Shown here in pieces: positions 38,156 to 50,615 of a stretch of 64,000 nucleotides of DNA. The first letter of the stretch is position 1, and each line of letters opens with the position of its first letter. The position numbers and the translations under genes were made by a program. The notes beneath the pieces were generated by a model. The model made no database searches. It worked only from the letters and a program-made list of their open reading frames with translations, and was not told where the DNA came from. Origin of the DNA: Selaginella moellendorffii (lineage: Eukaryota; Plantae; Lycopodiophyta); NCBI RefSeq assembly GCF_000143415.4, contig NW_003314348.1:764700-828699 (forward strand), in the 5' to 3' direction.

Positions 38156-41100
38156 ATAAAATGGTGGCCGCTTGTGTGTAGATAAGCCTCTGTGCAGTTG
38201 TTGCGAAGAATAAATATATAAACAGAGCGTGTTTGTGTGATTTTCACTTGGTTGTCAGTTTGGTCTGGTTGTCTAAAAATTGCTGTTGCCAAGCTGAGAT
38301 TCATAATAGTAACTAAGATTTAGTATGATTTAGATAAGAATGTCAGACACATACTTGACGCTGCCATAGATCCTGATCCTGACGCCTTCCAGTGATAGAT
38401 GCTTTAGTAAAGAATATACCTAGAATAGCAAAGTATATTTTAAAATATTCTTTAATTCGGAAGACCAGATACTGGCTTTTGATCCGCGAGAAGAGATCCA
38501 GAGTCACTCTTACTTCACTGCAGCATGATCGAAGTCCACAAAACCAAGTCGTCCTAGCTCTTGAGCGCCATACTATCGAAAGCTCTTCCCTTCTCCTTGA
38601 CTGGCTTGGATGCAAGTATCATAAAGCTGATCCTATCGATGTCCCTGAGAGAAGTGCGTATTCATGGTAAGCTCCATAAGTTGGAATTGATATGTTGGTT
38701 GGCCAGGCTGCTAGAATATCAACGCCTGGAGCAGCGATATCGGGCTACAAACAATCGCTCATGTAAGTCATGGATGAAACAATGCTTTGCTTTCTAAGTC
38801 CACTCCACATCAAATCAATCCATCCCGAATGGAGGCCCGCAGCACTAAAATCTGCACCAGGTAGCTCATCAAACAATTGCCAAAGATATGCTCATCACCA
38901 ATTCAATGTAGCAAGCACCAGGGATAACACAAATGCCACAATATCAAGACCAGAAACTATCCCATCCAATCCATTTGGCTTTGGCTCCAGCCCTAAAAGC
39001 AGTTGATCCAGGACTTATGTTTAATGGTTGAGAATTAAGTATATTCTTTATATCTAAAGCAAATCAAAAACTATAATTATATGTTTTGACAGTAAAAGTG
39101 ATTATTATTTCCAGGTGTGAGTGCATGGAATATAGAAATAGAATACAGAAATATACATATTAATTAACCCAAAATCTCTAATTTATATATAAGAGTGAGT
39201 GGTTCAAATAGAAATATTTCAGTTGTTACATATGCATAATTTCTAAAGGATTGGCCCATTAAATATTTGTAAGTTCATGAGTTTAAACTTCCCAAACCTA
39301 ATATTATTCAAATCTAAAAACTAAATATTTCAAAACCCTTAATCAACTTGATAAAAGGGTGCACTTTTATTTATAAGCCCTTTTATAAAATATAAAAATG
39401 GAAATATGGAAATGTGCATATTAAATAGCCTAAAGCCATTAGCTTATATATAGAAGTGAGTGGTTTAGATTGAAACTAATTTAACAGTTATCAAAATCCC
39501 ACTATATTAATATTAATATACATCATTGTAACCATACCTTTAGACTTCACATATGGATATAGATTTAAATCTAAATCATCAAAATAAATATAACCATTAT
39601 TTATTTTATATATTCTATTAGTATATGTTTAACTTTGCCAACTATACCATGAATCTTTTGTTATAAATTCTTCTTTTTCTCTAACTTAAAACTTAATAAA
39701 GTTAATTAAAATATCTTTAAGATCTTAGTAAGTTTTTAATTATATTAAAATTATCATTTAATGTTTCTCTCCAAATAATAGAATTTCCATATATATTACA
39801 GCTTTGTAGATCATTTATCATATCTCGTTTCTAATTAACTAAAAACATTATTTATATAAAAAATCAGATATATACATACTTGGTTTAAGTTGAATAAATT
39901 TCCTGGCAAGAATCTAATTTTAAATATTCATTTTAAATTATAAATAGTCAAATTTCTTTTTCTACGTTTCCAATGAAATCAAATCAAAATAAATAAATTA
40001 AATCTCTCTTAAATTTTAGAAAACCCTATATTCTAAGCATAATATTGAATTTTACACAAAAATGAATAAATTCTATATTTAGTTAAGACTTTATTCTTAT
40101 AGATTCACTTCATCAACTTTATTTTCCATTTTTACCTTTAATGCATTCCTCCTCACTAGAAAACCTCTTAGTGTTCTTGTGGCCATAGTGGCTCCTTCTG
40201 TTGTTTGACTTCTTTATTCTTCCCAAGCTTCTGTATGCTTTGTTTTGCTAGAAATCTCCTAACAAATTAATTTGTATTTTCATTTTGGAAATCTCTTTAG
40301 AAATTGCTTTTTTATTTTTTGTTATGTGCTTGTATTATTCCAACATTGTTCCATTATTATTCCAACAATATTATATCAATTTTAATTCATCATTTTAAAT
40401 GTGAAATGGATTTCTTTTAGGCCAATTAATTAATAAGTGATATTTGGCCAATTGCACTTTATAGGATTTTGACATTTTACTTTGCTAAAAAGCCTTTGCT
40501 GCTTTTGTACAATTCATCCCAATTGATCGACCCTATATAAGAAATAAAAATGGAAAGCCCTTTATAAGAAATAAGAATGGAAAGAGAATGAAGCAAATTA
40601 ACTATGACATAGTAATGGTTACTCTTTTTATGGAAGCTTTGGCATTATACCTCCTTTTCAAATTTTCTTTTTTGCAGTTTAAAATCATTTAGGAACAGTA
40701 TACTAATTAAGGTTCTTGAAGCTTTGTGGGCATATTCAACTTTGCCATAATTAAAACTAGGCAAATGAGAAGAGTAGGAAGCCCTCCAAAGGAGAGGCCT
40801 TTGAAAATAATTAAGAGAAACCATTGGGGTGGGGGGTTTATGTTAGAGTTGCTATCTTTGAACAAAAATTTGGACAAAAAGAAGTTGGTCATACATATCT
40901 GATTTACAAAAGATCATGATGTCCATAAGTGGTTCAACCCTAGTTTCTTAAATTTTAGACATTATAGCATGGTTTAGGCACTTATAAATATTTTATAAAA
41001 TCATATTTTTTTGTCTTTTATATCTTATCAAAGTTTTACAATGAAATCAGTTCAATGGGAACTGAACAGCATATTGGCACTGGCCCATGCCCTAAAATTG

Positions 41101-41669
41101 GCTCCTGTTGGCTATGGTACTTGTCATGGCCTTAGCTGCATACTAGTGTTGGCCCTAGCCATGGCCATTGGTGCTGGCTGTAATGGCATAGGAGAAGTGA
41201 GAATTAATGGTAGAAACTATTATATATTCTTATATATTTCATTCAAATTTTGATTGTTGGTAATGACTCTAAAATGGAAAAAATATATAATGAAAAAAAG
41301 AAGAATTATTTTTTAGTTGATAAAGTGAAACGGTTTTGTAAAGTCAAACCCCAATTAATATACCTATTCCTATATCCCAAGAACTCATAATGGCTTTCAA
41401 AAAGGTCATAAGTTTACCTCTTAAAAAGAGTTTTATATCTAATTTATTTTAAAAATGAAAAAGGGGTATAATTATGTCCAGATATAAAACAACTTAAGAA
41501 AATTTACTATCTATAAACATTATGTTAGAAGCTAAAGAGCCGTTGACTCTAGTCCTACTCCCTCGCGGCCCGGCTTAAGAAGTTTCATATCTTCATCCAG
41601 TTGTCGTATTCAGACTTAGGGTTAGGGTAAAAGTGGCGGGAAAAAGCCCTAGGGTTTAAAGCCATAGCA

Positions 41670-43230
41670 ATGGCTGGTGGAGCGAGAATCATCCATATTC
41701 AAGATGGCAATTGCTTTACTTCAACAGTATCATTCAAATGGCAAAATCATTCAAGGTAAGGTTGTTGTTTGCAAAAGTGGTGAAAAACCCTCTATTCCTG
41801 AGTCATGTGACAATTGTGAAATTGTCCAAGGCAGACTGGCAAGAGGTATGAGACAACACCACTCCCAGCTTCACACTCACTCGCTGCAGGTACCAAGGCA
41901 CAGAGGGTGGTGCCCAGAAAGGGCAAACCACAGATGGGCATGGCTATAGTCAGAGTGTAACGGATGGCAATGGGGGGCATGCTGCCCAGGATGGGCAAGG
42001 TGTAAGGGATGGCAATGGCCAGGACGGCAATGGAAGTGAAGGCCAGGATGAGAACGGTGGCCAGAACAGTGGCCAAGATGAGGGTGGAGGCAGGAGTGAA
42101 GAGAGTGAAGAAATTGAAGAAGAAGAAGAAGAAGAGGATCATGGAGCTGGTGAGCTTGAAGTGGTAGTGGTGTTTCGGGACTTGCATTGTCGGCGTCCAT
42201 GGTGATCCGCTTTAAGATCGAGAATGGTTGGGATGCAATGGAGATGAGCGTTGTACTCAAAGGCAGCTTTGAGACATCTGGGAGGTGTATCGCAAATGAC
42301 GACCGAGTTGGTGTCCTTCATGACGACCTTTTGATGGAGTTTGGTGTCGGAGATTCTACTGCTACGGCAACACTGTTGGACACAATGGTGTTTCATGACA
42401 CTCATGATAAATCTGTGACGAGTATATCCTCGACTGCGACAAGCAATGATCGCTTGCTAGGCATGCGAATGCAAGGTGGTTATTTGCGGCTAGGGGCATC
42501 TGGGGCTCTAGAAGGAAGAGCTGAGTTCAAGGCCTCCACTGTCTCGACAGAGGCTGCTGAATCAAGCTCCTCTATTAAACTGGCTGGTATTGCTAATACC
42601 ACATTTAGCGTGCATGAGGTGTCCCAGAAGCTGAGTGGGAAAATGGCCTTTGTGGCGAATCACAAAAGGCTAGCTCTGTCAGCATGCGTTGGTATGCCAT
42701 GGTCTGCCCTTACTACAACAAAGGTTGGAGAGTACTTTGACGAAGAACTTGGCATGGGATGGCCCGCTGAAGTCGGAGGAAAGGGAACATATATGCTCTG
42801 GGGAGGAGGCATATATCTTTATTCCTTTGGCATGGAGAGAAGTGTAGCTGAATGCTCCGATTCGATAGTCTCTGGAAAACAGAGATACAATGCTATCGTC
42901 ATGGTTAATCATGATATCAAGTGGGATGGCGACTGAGCAGCATGTCAGGAAAGTTGTCTGTGCGTCTCTTTGGTTCTTACATTGAGGTTTTTTTAGGCAG
43001 GTGGTCGGCACTGAGCGAGAAAGCTGGCTCTTTTGGTGTTGGAGGCGACGACGAAGAGGGTGGTTGGAGAGAGTGAAAGATCACCTGAGAGAGATTTAGA
43101 GTGAGCTTTAGCTGCCCTTGAATTTCGGTTGTTTTGTAATGGCTCAAAGAACTTTTGTACCTTTCTTTGCAAACGCTTGAAACGCGTGTCGAGGACACAC
43201 CTATACCAGAGAAAAGCTTTCGTCAAAGAA
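41670..43230. mobile_element. Possible highly decayed PIF/Harbinger-like element (Myb-like relic on +, transposase-like relic on -)
   Basis: Plus strand LSKADWQEV*DNTTPSFTLTRCRYQ followed by G/D/N-rich and poly-E tracts; minus strand SGPSHAKFF, QFNRG and IIAC resemble Harbinger motifs only weakly. Confidence 0.25.
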
Positions 43231-43669
43231 ACATCTTGTCACACAGCTTTGACTGTCGGAAAGTCTCGACTTCTCCTTCCAGATAGCGTTGCCTCAAGAG
43301 GTTGAGCCCCTTGATGCCGCATACCCCAAACACTTCGAAGTCGGACTGTACGTGCTGGACCATCATCTCCCCCAGGCCCGCCGAGAGCATACGATCCTCT
43401 ACTTCCTGTTCACTGGCTTCAGCGATCGCAATGAGAATGTCCATCGCACTGCTTCCCACAAAGTTCCGTGCAGTCTTTGAAGAAGGATCCAGCAGTTTAA
43501 CCAGGCCACCGCACCGACGCCAAGACCTTCACCATGCTCGAGCTTGATCCCGCGAGAAGCATCCACAGTTGCGTCCACGAGAGCGACGCACAGCGTGCTA
43601 CTCACCCGCGACCCGTGCCTGCCGAGGTGGCAGTACTCATCAGGGTGGCACGGCGTCGCTGATGTGGAA

Positions 43670-43940
43670 GGGCTTGCAGCCACGGCGGCATGACCGCCAA
43701 GGCCGTGGAGTTCTTCGTCTCGATGATCCACAACTACCAAATTGGCGACCACTGCTCTTGCATGGCGAATCTCCTCGGACGGAAGGATTCATTCGCAAGA
43801 TGCCGTTTCAAGCTGCAGCGTCGGTGTGGATGACGCTGCTGGGAGCTTGTAGAACTCGAACGAAGGAGGCCAGTGATCAGGTATCCGATATCAACCCCGA
43901 GCACGCACAGAGTTATATAGTGCTTCTCCAATGTCTACGC
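43670..43940 (+). pseudogene. PPR L2/S2/E-domain fragment (copy A)
   Basis: ACSHGGMTAKAVEFF...MANLLGR, a frameshift, then MPFQAAASVWMTLLGACR...SYIVL. Confidence 0.75.
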
Positions 43941-44181
43941 AGAGAACTAAACAAGAACGAAGGAGTTGCTTAGCTCAGTGAGAAACTATAAGAAGTACCT
44001 GTCATGAGTTTTGATTACTGTGGAGCGTCATAGGCTCGTTTGCCCATTGCGGGCGTATGCACTGAGCAGATTCATCCAGAGGAGTGTTTCATCTTGAGGT
44101 CCCGAATCTGCCATACAATTGCATCGGAGAAAAGGGCAGGAATTTAAAGAGGAGGAACGAAGGTTAGGTTATCGTTCCGAA

Positions 44182-45156
44182 ATGAGGCTTTTGGGGCAAC
44201 GACCAGTGGATAGTCATGAACGAGCAGCGGAGATTGCTGTACAATCGCTCAACATACTCAAAGGCATGTCGGTCAAGGCGCCAGATCCTGGGCGGCTGGA
44301 TGAGTGCCTCACATGTTTGGCGTTTAGTTCATGGCAAGGGATGTCGAAGCAGGAAATCTTGGGCACGCTGCTGCGTTTAGGGGTAACAGTCGATTACTTA
44401 GCTTCGAAGCACAGGGTTCTTCTGAGCAGGCTGACTGAAAGGCCAGTGGAGAAGCCGCTCCCCTCAGTCGATGATCACAAGCGACGCCGCAGCTTGCAGC
44501 AAGCTAAGCAGGAGAAGCAGCAGCTGCTGAGTTTCTACAAGCTGCTGGATGCATGGAAGCCCAGCCGCTGGAGCAGGAGTAGTCACCGCCTGAAGAAAGC
44601 CTACTCAAGCCTGATGGATGAGGCTAAGCCTCAGGCTGAGGCAGCCATGCGGAAGAAGTGCCGTGGCCTGCTGTTGGAGAGGAGCAGTGGCAATGACTTC
44701 TTCATCTTCAACAACCTGTTCATGAGCTGCTCGATGAGGGGATTCCAGATGCTGGCGATCCAACTGACAATGAATAGTCAGTACCTACATGCGCTCAAGA
44801 GAAAGGCGAGCAGTAGCAGCAGCAGCCTGGCCTTACTCCTCGAGTTCTTGTCGCGCTTCCTTGAGCTCATGTTGGGAGGAATCCTGTTACGGATGAGGGA
44901 CCTGCGCCTCGTGTTCATACACTGGTGCGCCGTGTTGCTGGAGGAAGTGGAGGTTGCCGAGTCCAACATTTGCTGGAAGCACCTCATCGAGCTCTCCACC
45001 ACGCTTCTCAGCGAGGACGAGGAGAAGCTGTTGCAGCTCCTCTGCAAAACCTGCCGCCCCACCAATCACCTCCTCCACGGCATGCGGGTTGCTAGGAAGA
45101 ACACCAACGCGGAAATTAGATCACACGGCCCGAATATTGTGAATGTTTTGTATTAA
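44182..45156 (+). CDS. Intronless hypothetical helical protein (~324 aa), intact in copy A
   Basis: Open frame from ATG 44182; the homologous frame in copy B is disrupted. Confidence 0.5.
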   Translation: MRLLGQRPVDSHERAAEIAVQSLNILKGMSVKAPDPGRLDECLTCLAFSSWQGMSKQEILGTLLRLGVTVDYLASKHRVLLSRLTERPVEKPLPSVDDHKRRRSLQQAKQEKQQLLSFYKLLDAWKPSRWSRSSHRLKKAYSSLMDEAKPQAEAAMRKKCRGLLLERSSGNDFFIFNNLFMSCSMRGFQMLAIQLTMNSQYLHALKRKASSSSSSLALLLEFLSRFLELMLGGILLRMRDLRLVFIHWCAVLLEEVEVAESNICWKHLIELSTTLLSEDEEKLLQLLCKTCRPTNHLLHGMRVARKNTNAEIRSHGPNIVNVLY

Positions 45157-47240
45157 ATTTAACAATACATTGGATTATATTGAATTGTGTTACCAGGAGT
45201 CTGGATGATTTGTCTTTGGAGTAGTCACTTTAATAATAACCATCAATTGCATGGAAAATTCCTGACTCACATGGGTGTAATCTGCGCTCTAGTTCTTTGT
45301 ATGGAAGAACATACGGAATTGGGCAACATCCTCCACAAACCTAATGACATTTTACCTGCAAAAATCCACCCAGCAGGTACTTTACATATGAATTAGGAAA
45401 GACTAACCTCACTAGTGTGGCAAGGGAATAGGGAATAGAAAACATTGGGTAGAATTTATTATAGGAGATGGCCATCTTGTAGATGCAGGAAGTGTTTTCT
45501 CCCGATGAGCACCTGCAGTGTGAGCTGTGTGATCTATCCTGGTTCTTGTAAAATAAAGCTACGTAGAAATGAATCAAATATAGAGCTGGAAGGCTGACAT
45601 AGCTTCTGCCTCTTAGTAAAGAATATTCTATTAGAATATATATTATTGCTTAATTGATTGATCTTAAAAAATGCTAAGAATACTCTTATGTAATAAATTA
45701 AAATTGTGAGGTCCTAAGTGTATGGCTATGATGCTATATATTAATATTAAATTAGTTTCAAACTAGGTTTTTGGGTTTATTGATATACTTATTTCTATAT
45801 TTAATTTCCATATTCCATGCATTCATATTATAGAGGTGATGGGTAATTTTGATTATCCTTGAGGAGTGCTTAGATTTGGGATTTTGGTTTAGATTTAAAT
45901 TTTGCATTGTTTAAATCTCTTTTTCCTTATAATTTTTTAAATTTTTTCTCTTTTACTTCTTCCTTTTCATTCATCTTTATAGTAGAGTTACAATTTCTTC
46001 CTTTTTTAACTTTGGAGTAACAATTAGTGTAATTATTCGATGCTATGTGGTTGTAATTAAACAATCAAACTCAAATGATAGTACCATTCATGACATATGA
46101 TATAATTTATTGCCAATCTTTGTGTCTAGTTGGAGTTCTTCTATAAGAATTCTAAAGATAATGTGTATCAGTAGTTCAATCAATTTACAGTGATTATCAC
46201 ATATCATTTTTTAGATGATGTTGGTGTTTATGTGAGTTTCCCATGTATTTTTAAGGGACAACATTGTAATGGTACAATAGTTTAAATGCAATCACTTATG
46301 CAGATTGGAATATTCTTCCAGATATTTTTAAATGCATATTTAGACATATCAATGATTGTGTTGATGCCTTTTAATAATTACATTATTTTAATTAAAAGCC
46401 ATTTTAACTTAGTGATGCAATTTGGTGCTTGATTTTGAAGCTTTTTGTTTCATGCAAAGCCAAATATGTCAGAATGGATCAAATTAGGAATGTTATGGTG
46501 AATATTTTGTCAAAATTTTGTAAAACTTGTGTATGCACTTATTTTAGCCACTTTTGATAATATATGAGATGTTGCCTCTTCTACTTTTCGATATATGTCT
46601 TTTAACTCCATTTCACATGGGAGATGGTTTTGTTCTAATGGAGGTTCTAATGGATGTGGTTGTGGCCTTGATATCCACTATTAGGCATCTAATGAAGTTG
46701 ATCATATTTATCAATGTTGGTATTTTCTAAATTGATAACTTGTATTTCTTAGGTGGAGTATTAGGTGTAACATATGTAATTTTCACTCTTTATCCTATGC
46801 TGATTTATCATTACCATAGAATAACCACAAAATAAAACTTAAACTCTTTATGTGCCACATGTTATATACTATATGTCTAAAGATAATGGAACATGTCTAA
46901 AGACAGTGGAACGAAATTTAAATTTTAAAACTTTAAGCCACTGAATGAAGGAATAGAGCTAAATTCTAAAACTTACACTTAAGGAGCGAATGAATTAGAG
47001 CACAAAACAACTCCTTAAACATTCAGCCCAAAGAACAAAGAAATAGAAACATAGAACGACATTGAAACAATTTTAAAGCTTTTAGCCTCCCAATGCCAAA
47101 ATCAACACACAAAATCAAGCCAAATAAAGTATAATGTTATTTCAGCATACCAGTGAAAGATAAATGATAAATAGTTAATTATTTATTGATGGCAAACATA
47201 TATGAATAAGAGTCAATAAGAATGATTTACTTTGGTATGC

Positions 47241-48643
47241 TTATGTTTTGCCAAAGAAGCCAAAGAGACCTTTGATAGCTTTGACGGCATTCTCATTGAA
47301 TATAGGCTCGTCATACTTGTCAATCAACGCTTTAAATTCCGGTGATGCTCTCAAGCTTGCCAGATCTTCATCAGTTCTTATTTTCTGCAGGACATTTCTC
47401 TGTGTCAGAAAACTACCTGATTTTTCGTTTCTCACCTTATAATCCTCAAAACCAGCCTCCAGAGCCTCCCCCAGAGCTGAAAGTCCTGCTTCAACCTTGC
47501 CACAGAGAAACAGACCACTATTAGAGATCAATGAGAGCAACGAAAACATTTATCTGATGGTCACCTGGTCAAGTTTTGCATAGCAGCACGCTACATTGTA
47601 GCTGGCGATTGCTTCCTCAAGCCCCTCGGGCTTGGATCCAAGTACAGACTCGAATTTTGACAGTGCTTCTTGATAGGCTGATTTTCTGGATAGAAATATT
47701 CAAGTTAACAACGTCGTGATTCAAATCGGTCGTACGTACTTGTAGAGTTGAAGGCCCTCCCGAAGGTCCTCTTCTCTTTGCTTCTTGAGCTGCATTTTCC
47801 GCTTGTAGTTTTGGATCTGGAATTTGTTGTTAAGTTTCTAGATTCCGATGATGGGCAAAACTAAGAAATCTCACCTGGATTTCACGAAGCTGCTCACTGA
47901 TGACATTCGCGTTTCTTTGCGCTGCGAGTTTCTCAGACGATACAGCCTGATCTTCTCTTTCTCCTTTCGAGATGAAAAAATCTCGGTAAGATACAGATGA
48001 GAAAAAACAAGTCATGACCAACCGTATTTTTTTTGCATCTTCATGAGAAGAGGTCCAATTCTTTGACGAACAGTGTACATTGTGCGTCCATACTCTGCCG
48101 CTGGCCAGATCTCATTCCCAAAGACAGCACTAGCATTACAAAGAAAAAGATGGTAAAAACAGAACCAAAACGATGGCATTACCTTGTCGCAAGAACTTTG
48201 TCCCCTGGCTGGAACATCTTTGTTTTCGCTGCACTCCCGCCAGGAGCAAGAGCATCGATGTATGTTCCACCATCGGTCCCTTTGTAGAATTTGATCCCAT
48301 ACGGCTTCTCAATCTCTACCTCATAGAATTCGTCGGGTTTGCTACCACTACTGCTACTTGTACTAGCGCTAGAATCCTTGGATTCCCCGGTGGTGACCGT
48401 CCCAATGCTAGATGAATCGGCACTATTGGCAGCTGCCAGGATCGATCCCGTGTTGCCGATTCTCTGCGGGAAGGTGAGCTTCCTCTCGAAATTCCTGGAG
48501 CTGGCTATGGTGCTGCCACCGCCGTGGCTGAAGAGGCAAATGCCACAAATGCTGCTGCCACTGGCGATCTTACCAGGAATCCCAGTGGCGCCACCGTGAT
48601 TGAGGATGGCGCCGCCGCTCCACAGCGCTGCCCCGGCCGCCAT
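47241..48643 (-). CDS. MET1: Chloroplast PDZ/K-box/TPR protein MET1 (ZKT)
   Basis: EFYEVEIEKPYGIKFYKGTDGGTYIDALAPGG, REEDLREGLQLYK, SYNVACCYAKL and KYDEPIFNENAVKAIK. Confidence 0.92.
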
Positions 48644-48869
48644 CGCCGCTCGGAGGATGAAGAAGCGGGAGGAAATAAAGAATAAAAGAGCGCCATAGCT
48701 TAGTCCACGTGGCAAGCAATGTGCGCCACTGAAATTCCTTGCTTATTCTAGAATATACCTTACTGCGGCATATTCGATTTGGCATATTCGTTGTTTTGAA
48801 TTTAAATTTTCCTATCGCGATTATCTGTTGTTACAAAACCCAGAAACAAAAGAAAAGAATGGCAGCGCT

Positions 48870-50525
48870 CTACGTCGATGTGTTGGGGCGATTGCCGGCA
48901 AGGATCAAAGAGATTTCCAGGCCCCGACTGAAAGCTTGGTTGAAGAGGAGCCGGCTCTGGAAGGTAGACACGAACGGGAACCACGAGAGAATGGCGACAG
49001 GGACGAAGATCACGGTTCCCATCCCAGCGTCGTAGAGACGAGCCAAAGAACGCATCGATTTCCACAGGCCCAAGAACTTGATGACCGGTCTCCAGGCAAT
49101 AGCAATCTGGAAGAACTCACACAGGTATGATGGTGGAAAGAACTAAGACTTTCTTTACCGAGAGGATTCCCCATCCGGTTGGAAGGAGGGCCAAGGCGGA
49201 AGCAAAGATGTCTCCCACTGTAAGCGTCGACGCGATGATAGCGGCGATTAAGCCGCCGAGGAGAAGGATGAAAATCACGCCTTGCATTAGCCGGAGAAAC
49301 AACTGGATGTTTGTTGCTGTCTTCTGGCTCAAGCTGAAAATCTGGAGAAGCAATGAATGGAAGAGTTCATCGTCAATACACTGTCAAGAAGCTGGAAGAA
49401 CCTCACCTTGAACAAGAGTATGAATGCCGCAAATACCACCCAAGAGACGCCATAAGCCTGGAACAAGAGGAACAGACGGTAATATGATACAAAAAGATAG
49501 TGTAAGCTTACCGTCAAGGACGTGCTAGTTCCGGTAACATGGAGCTTATAGACGACACCGTACTGGAAAATGAAGAAACGCAAGCTGAGGATTGTTTCCA
49601 AGATCCTGGATCTGAACGTGCGAATGTGCTCCTGGTATGGTACACATGAATGGTTAGATTTGCGGAAAAGCGGCTTAAACAGTTTCTTACTTGCTCTTCA
49701 TCCCACCATGCTTCCCAGCTCTCTTCTCCTTTCACTCCGACTCCACCTTTATACAAAAGCCAGTTCGTCCAGTCATCGAAGTCGTCCACAGTTCTGAAGT
49801 TAAGACGAAGACAGTGGAGTAATCAACCATAGAAAAATTACAGTTGTGCTTACTTTTGCCATTCGAAGCCGGACGGATTGAACAAGTAGGGAGCATACAT
49901 CCACGAAATGGCCAGAAACCAACTGCTAAACGACAAGAGAAAGTAGCTGGTTCCACTTGAAACACCATAAGCCATGTATACAATCAAAAGCATAACGACT
50001 TCCAGGCTGGTCAAAGCAAGAATGAGTGCGTTTTCCACGATAAAATAATCAACGTACCCTTTTACAAAATGACTGCGAGAATAAAGCCGATAGTTTTCAG
50101 CGAATGGAATGTGCCGAACCACGAAACCTCTTCCGGTAGCCCGATACTTAACAAAAACAAAAGGACTTTTAGAGACGATAAACGTCAACGGAAACATTAA
50201 CCTTGGCACCGCCATGCAGAATTGTTCTACCAAAATAATGACTTTTCGTTCCGAGAGAAAACGTAAAGAACACGGAGCACAGTTGCAATTGCATTGTGAT
50301 AAAACTGATGATTGCCTGCGATCACGTAGAGATGAGCATCGAAGCTGTTTTAAAGAGCATTACCTTAAGCACCCCCTGTTCTAATACAAGCCCCATAATC
50401 ATAGGTACTGCCGTAAGAACACCGATTTGGAAAAGAAATTGAGCATTCAGAGCACTCTCAAGGGCCGTGTTATCCAAAACGTCCGCTGTATTCCTCAAGC
50501 TCGCTTCGACACCAGATAAAGACTG
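48870..50525 (-). CDS. GSL: Callose synthase (CalS9/10-like, GSL), last ~9 exons only
   Basis: ALNAQFLFQIG, YRATGRGFVVRHIPFAENYRLYSRSHFVKG, FNPSGFEWQKTV and STFQSRLLFNQAFSRGLEISLILAG. No upstream exons recognised in the window. Confidence 0.9.
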
Positions 50526-50615
50526 CAAGAACTCCGAAAAGTTACAATTTGCACGAAACTTTTAAATGTTTTTGACGCACCAGATATATTTTTCCATATC
50601 TTGCTGCTGAGAGCC

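Larger units (their letters stand above)
43535..45485 (+). repeat. ~1.9 kb direct repeat, copy A (PPR fragments + unknown ORF)
   Basis: Near-identical to 50616-52540 apart from small indels. Confidence 0.93.

Noticed and set aside
39000-41500. AT-rich tract with short imperfect repeats as a Helitron/MITE
   Set aside because: No definable termini, TIRs or TSD.
42187-42936. 249-aa plus-strand ORF as a real gene
   Set aside because: Non-ATG start, no recognisable domain, and it lies in decayed repeat-like sequence.
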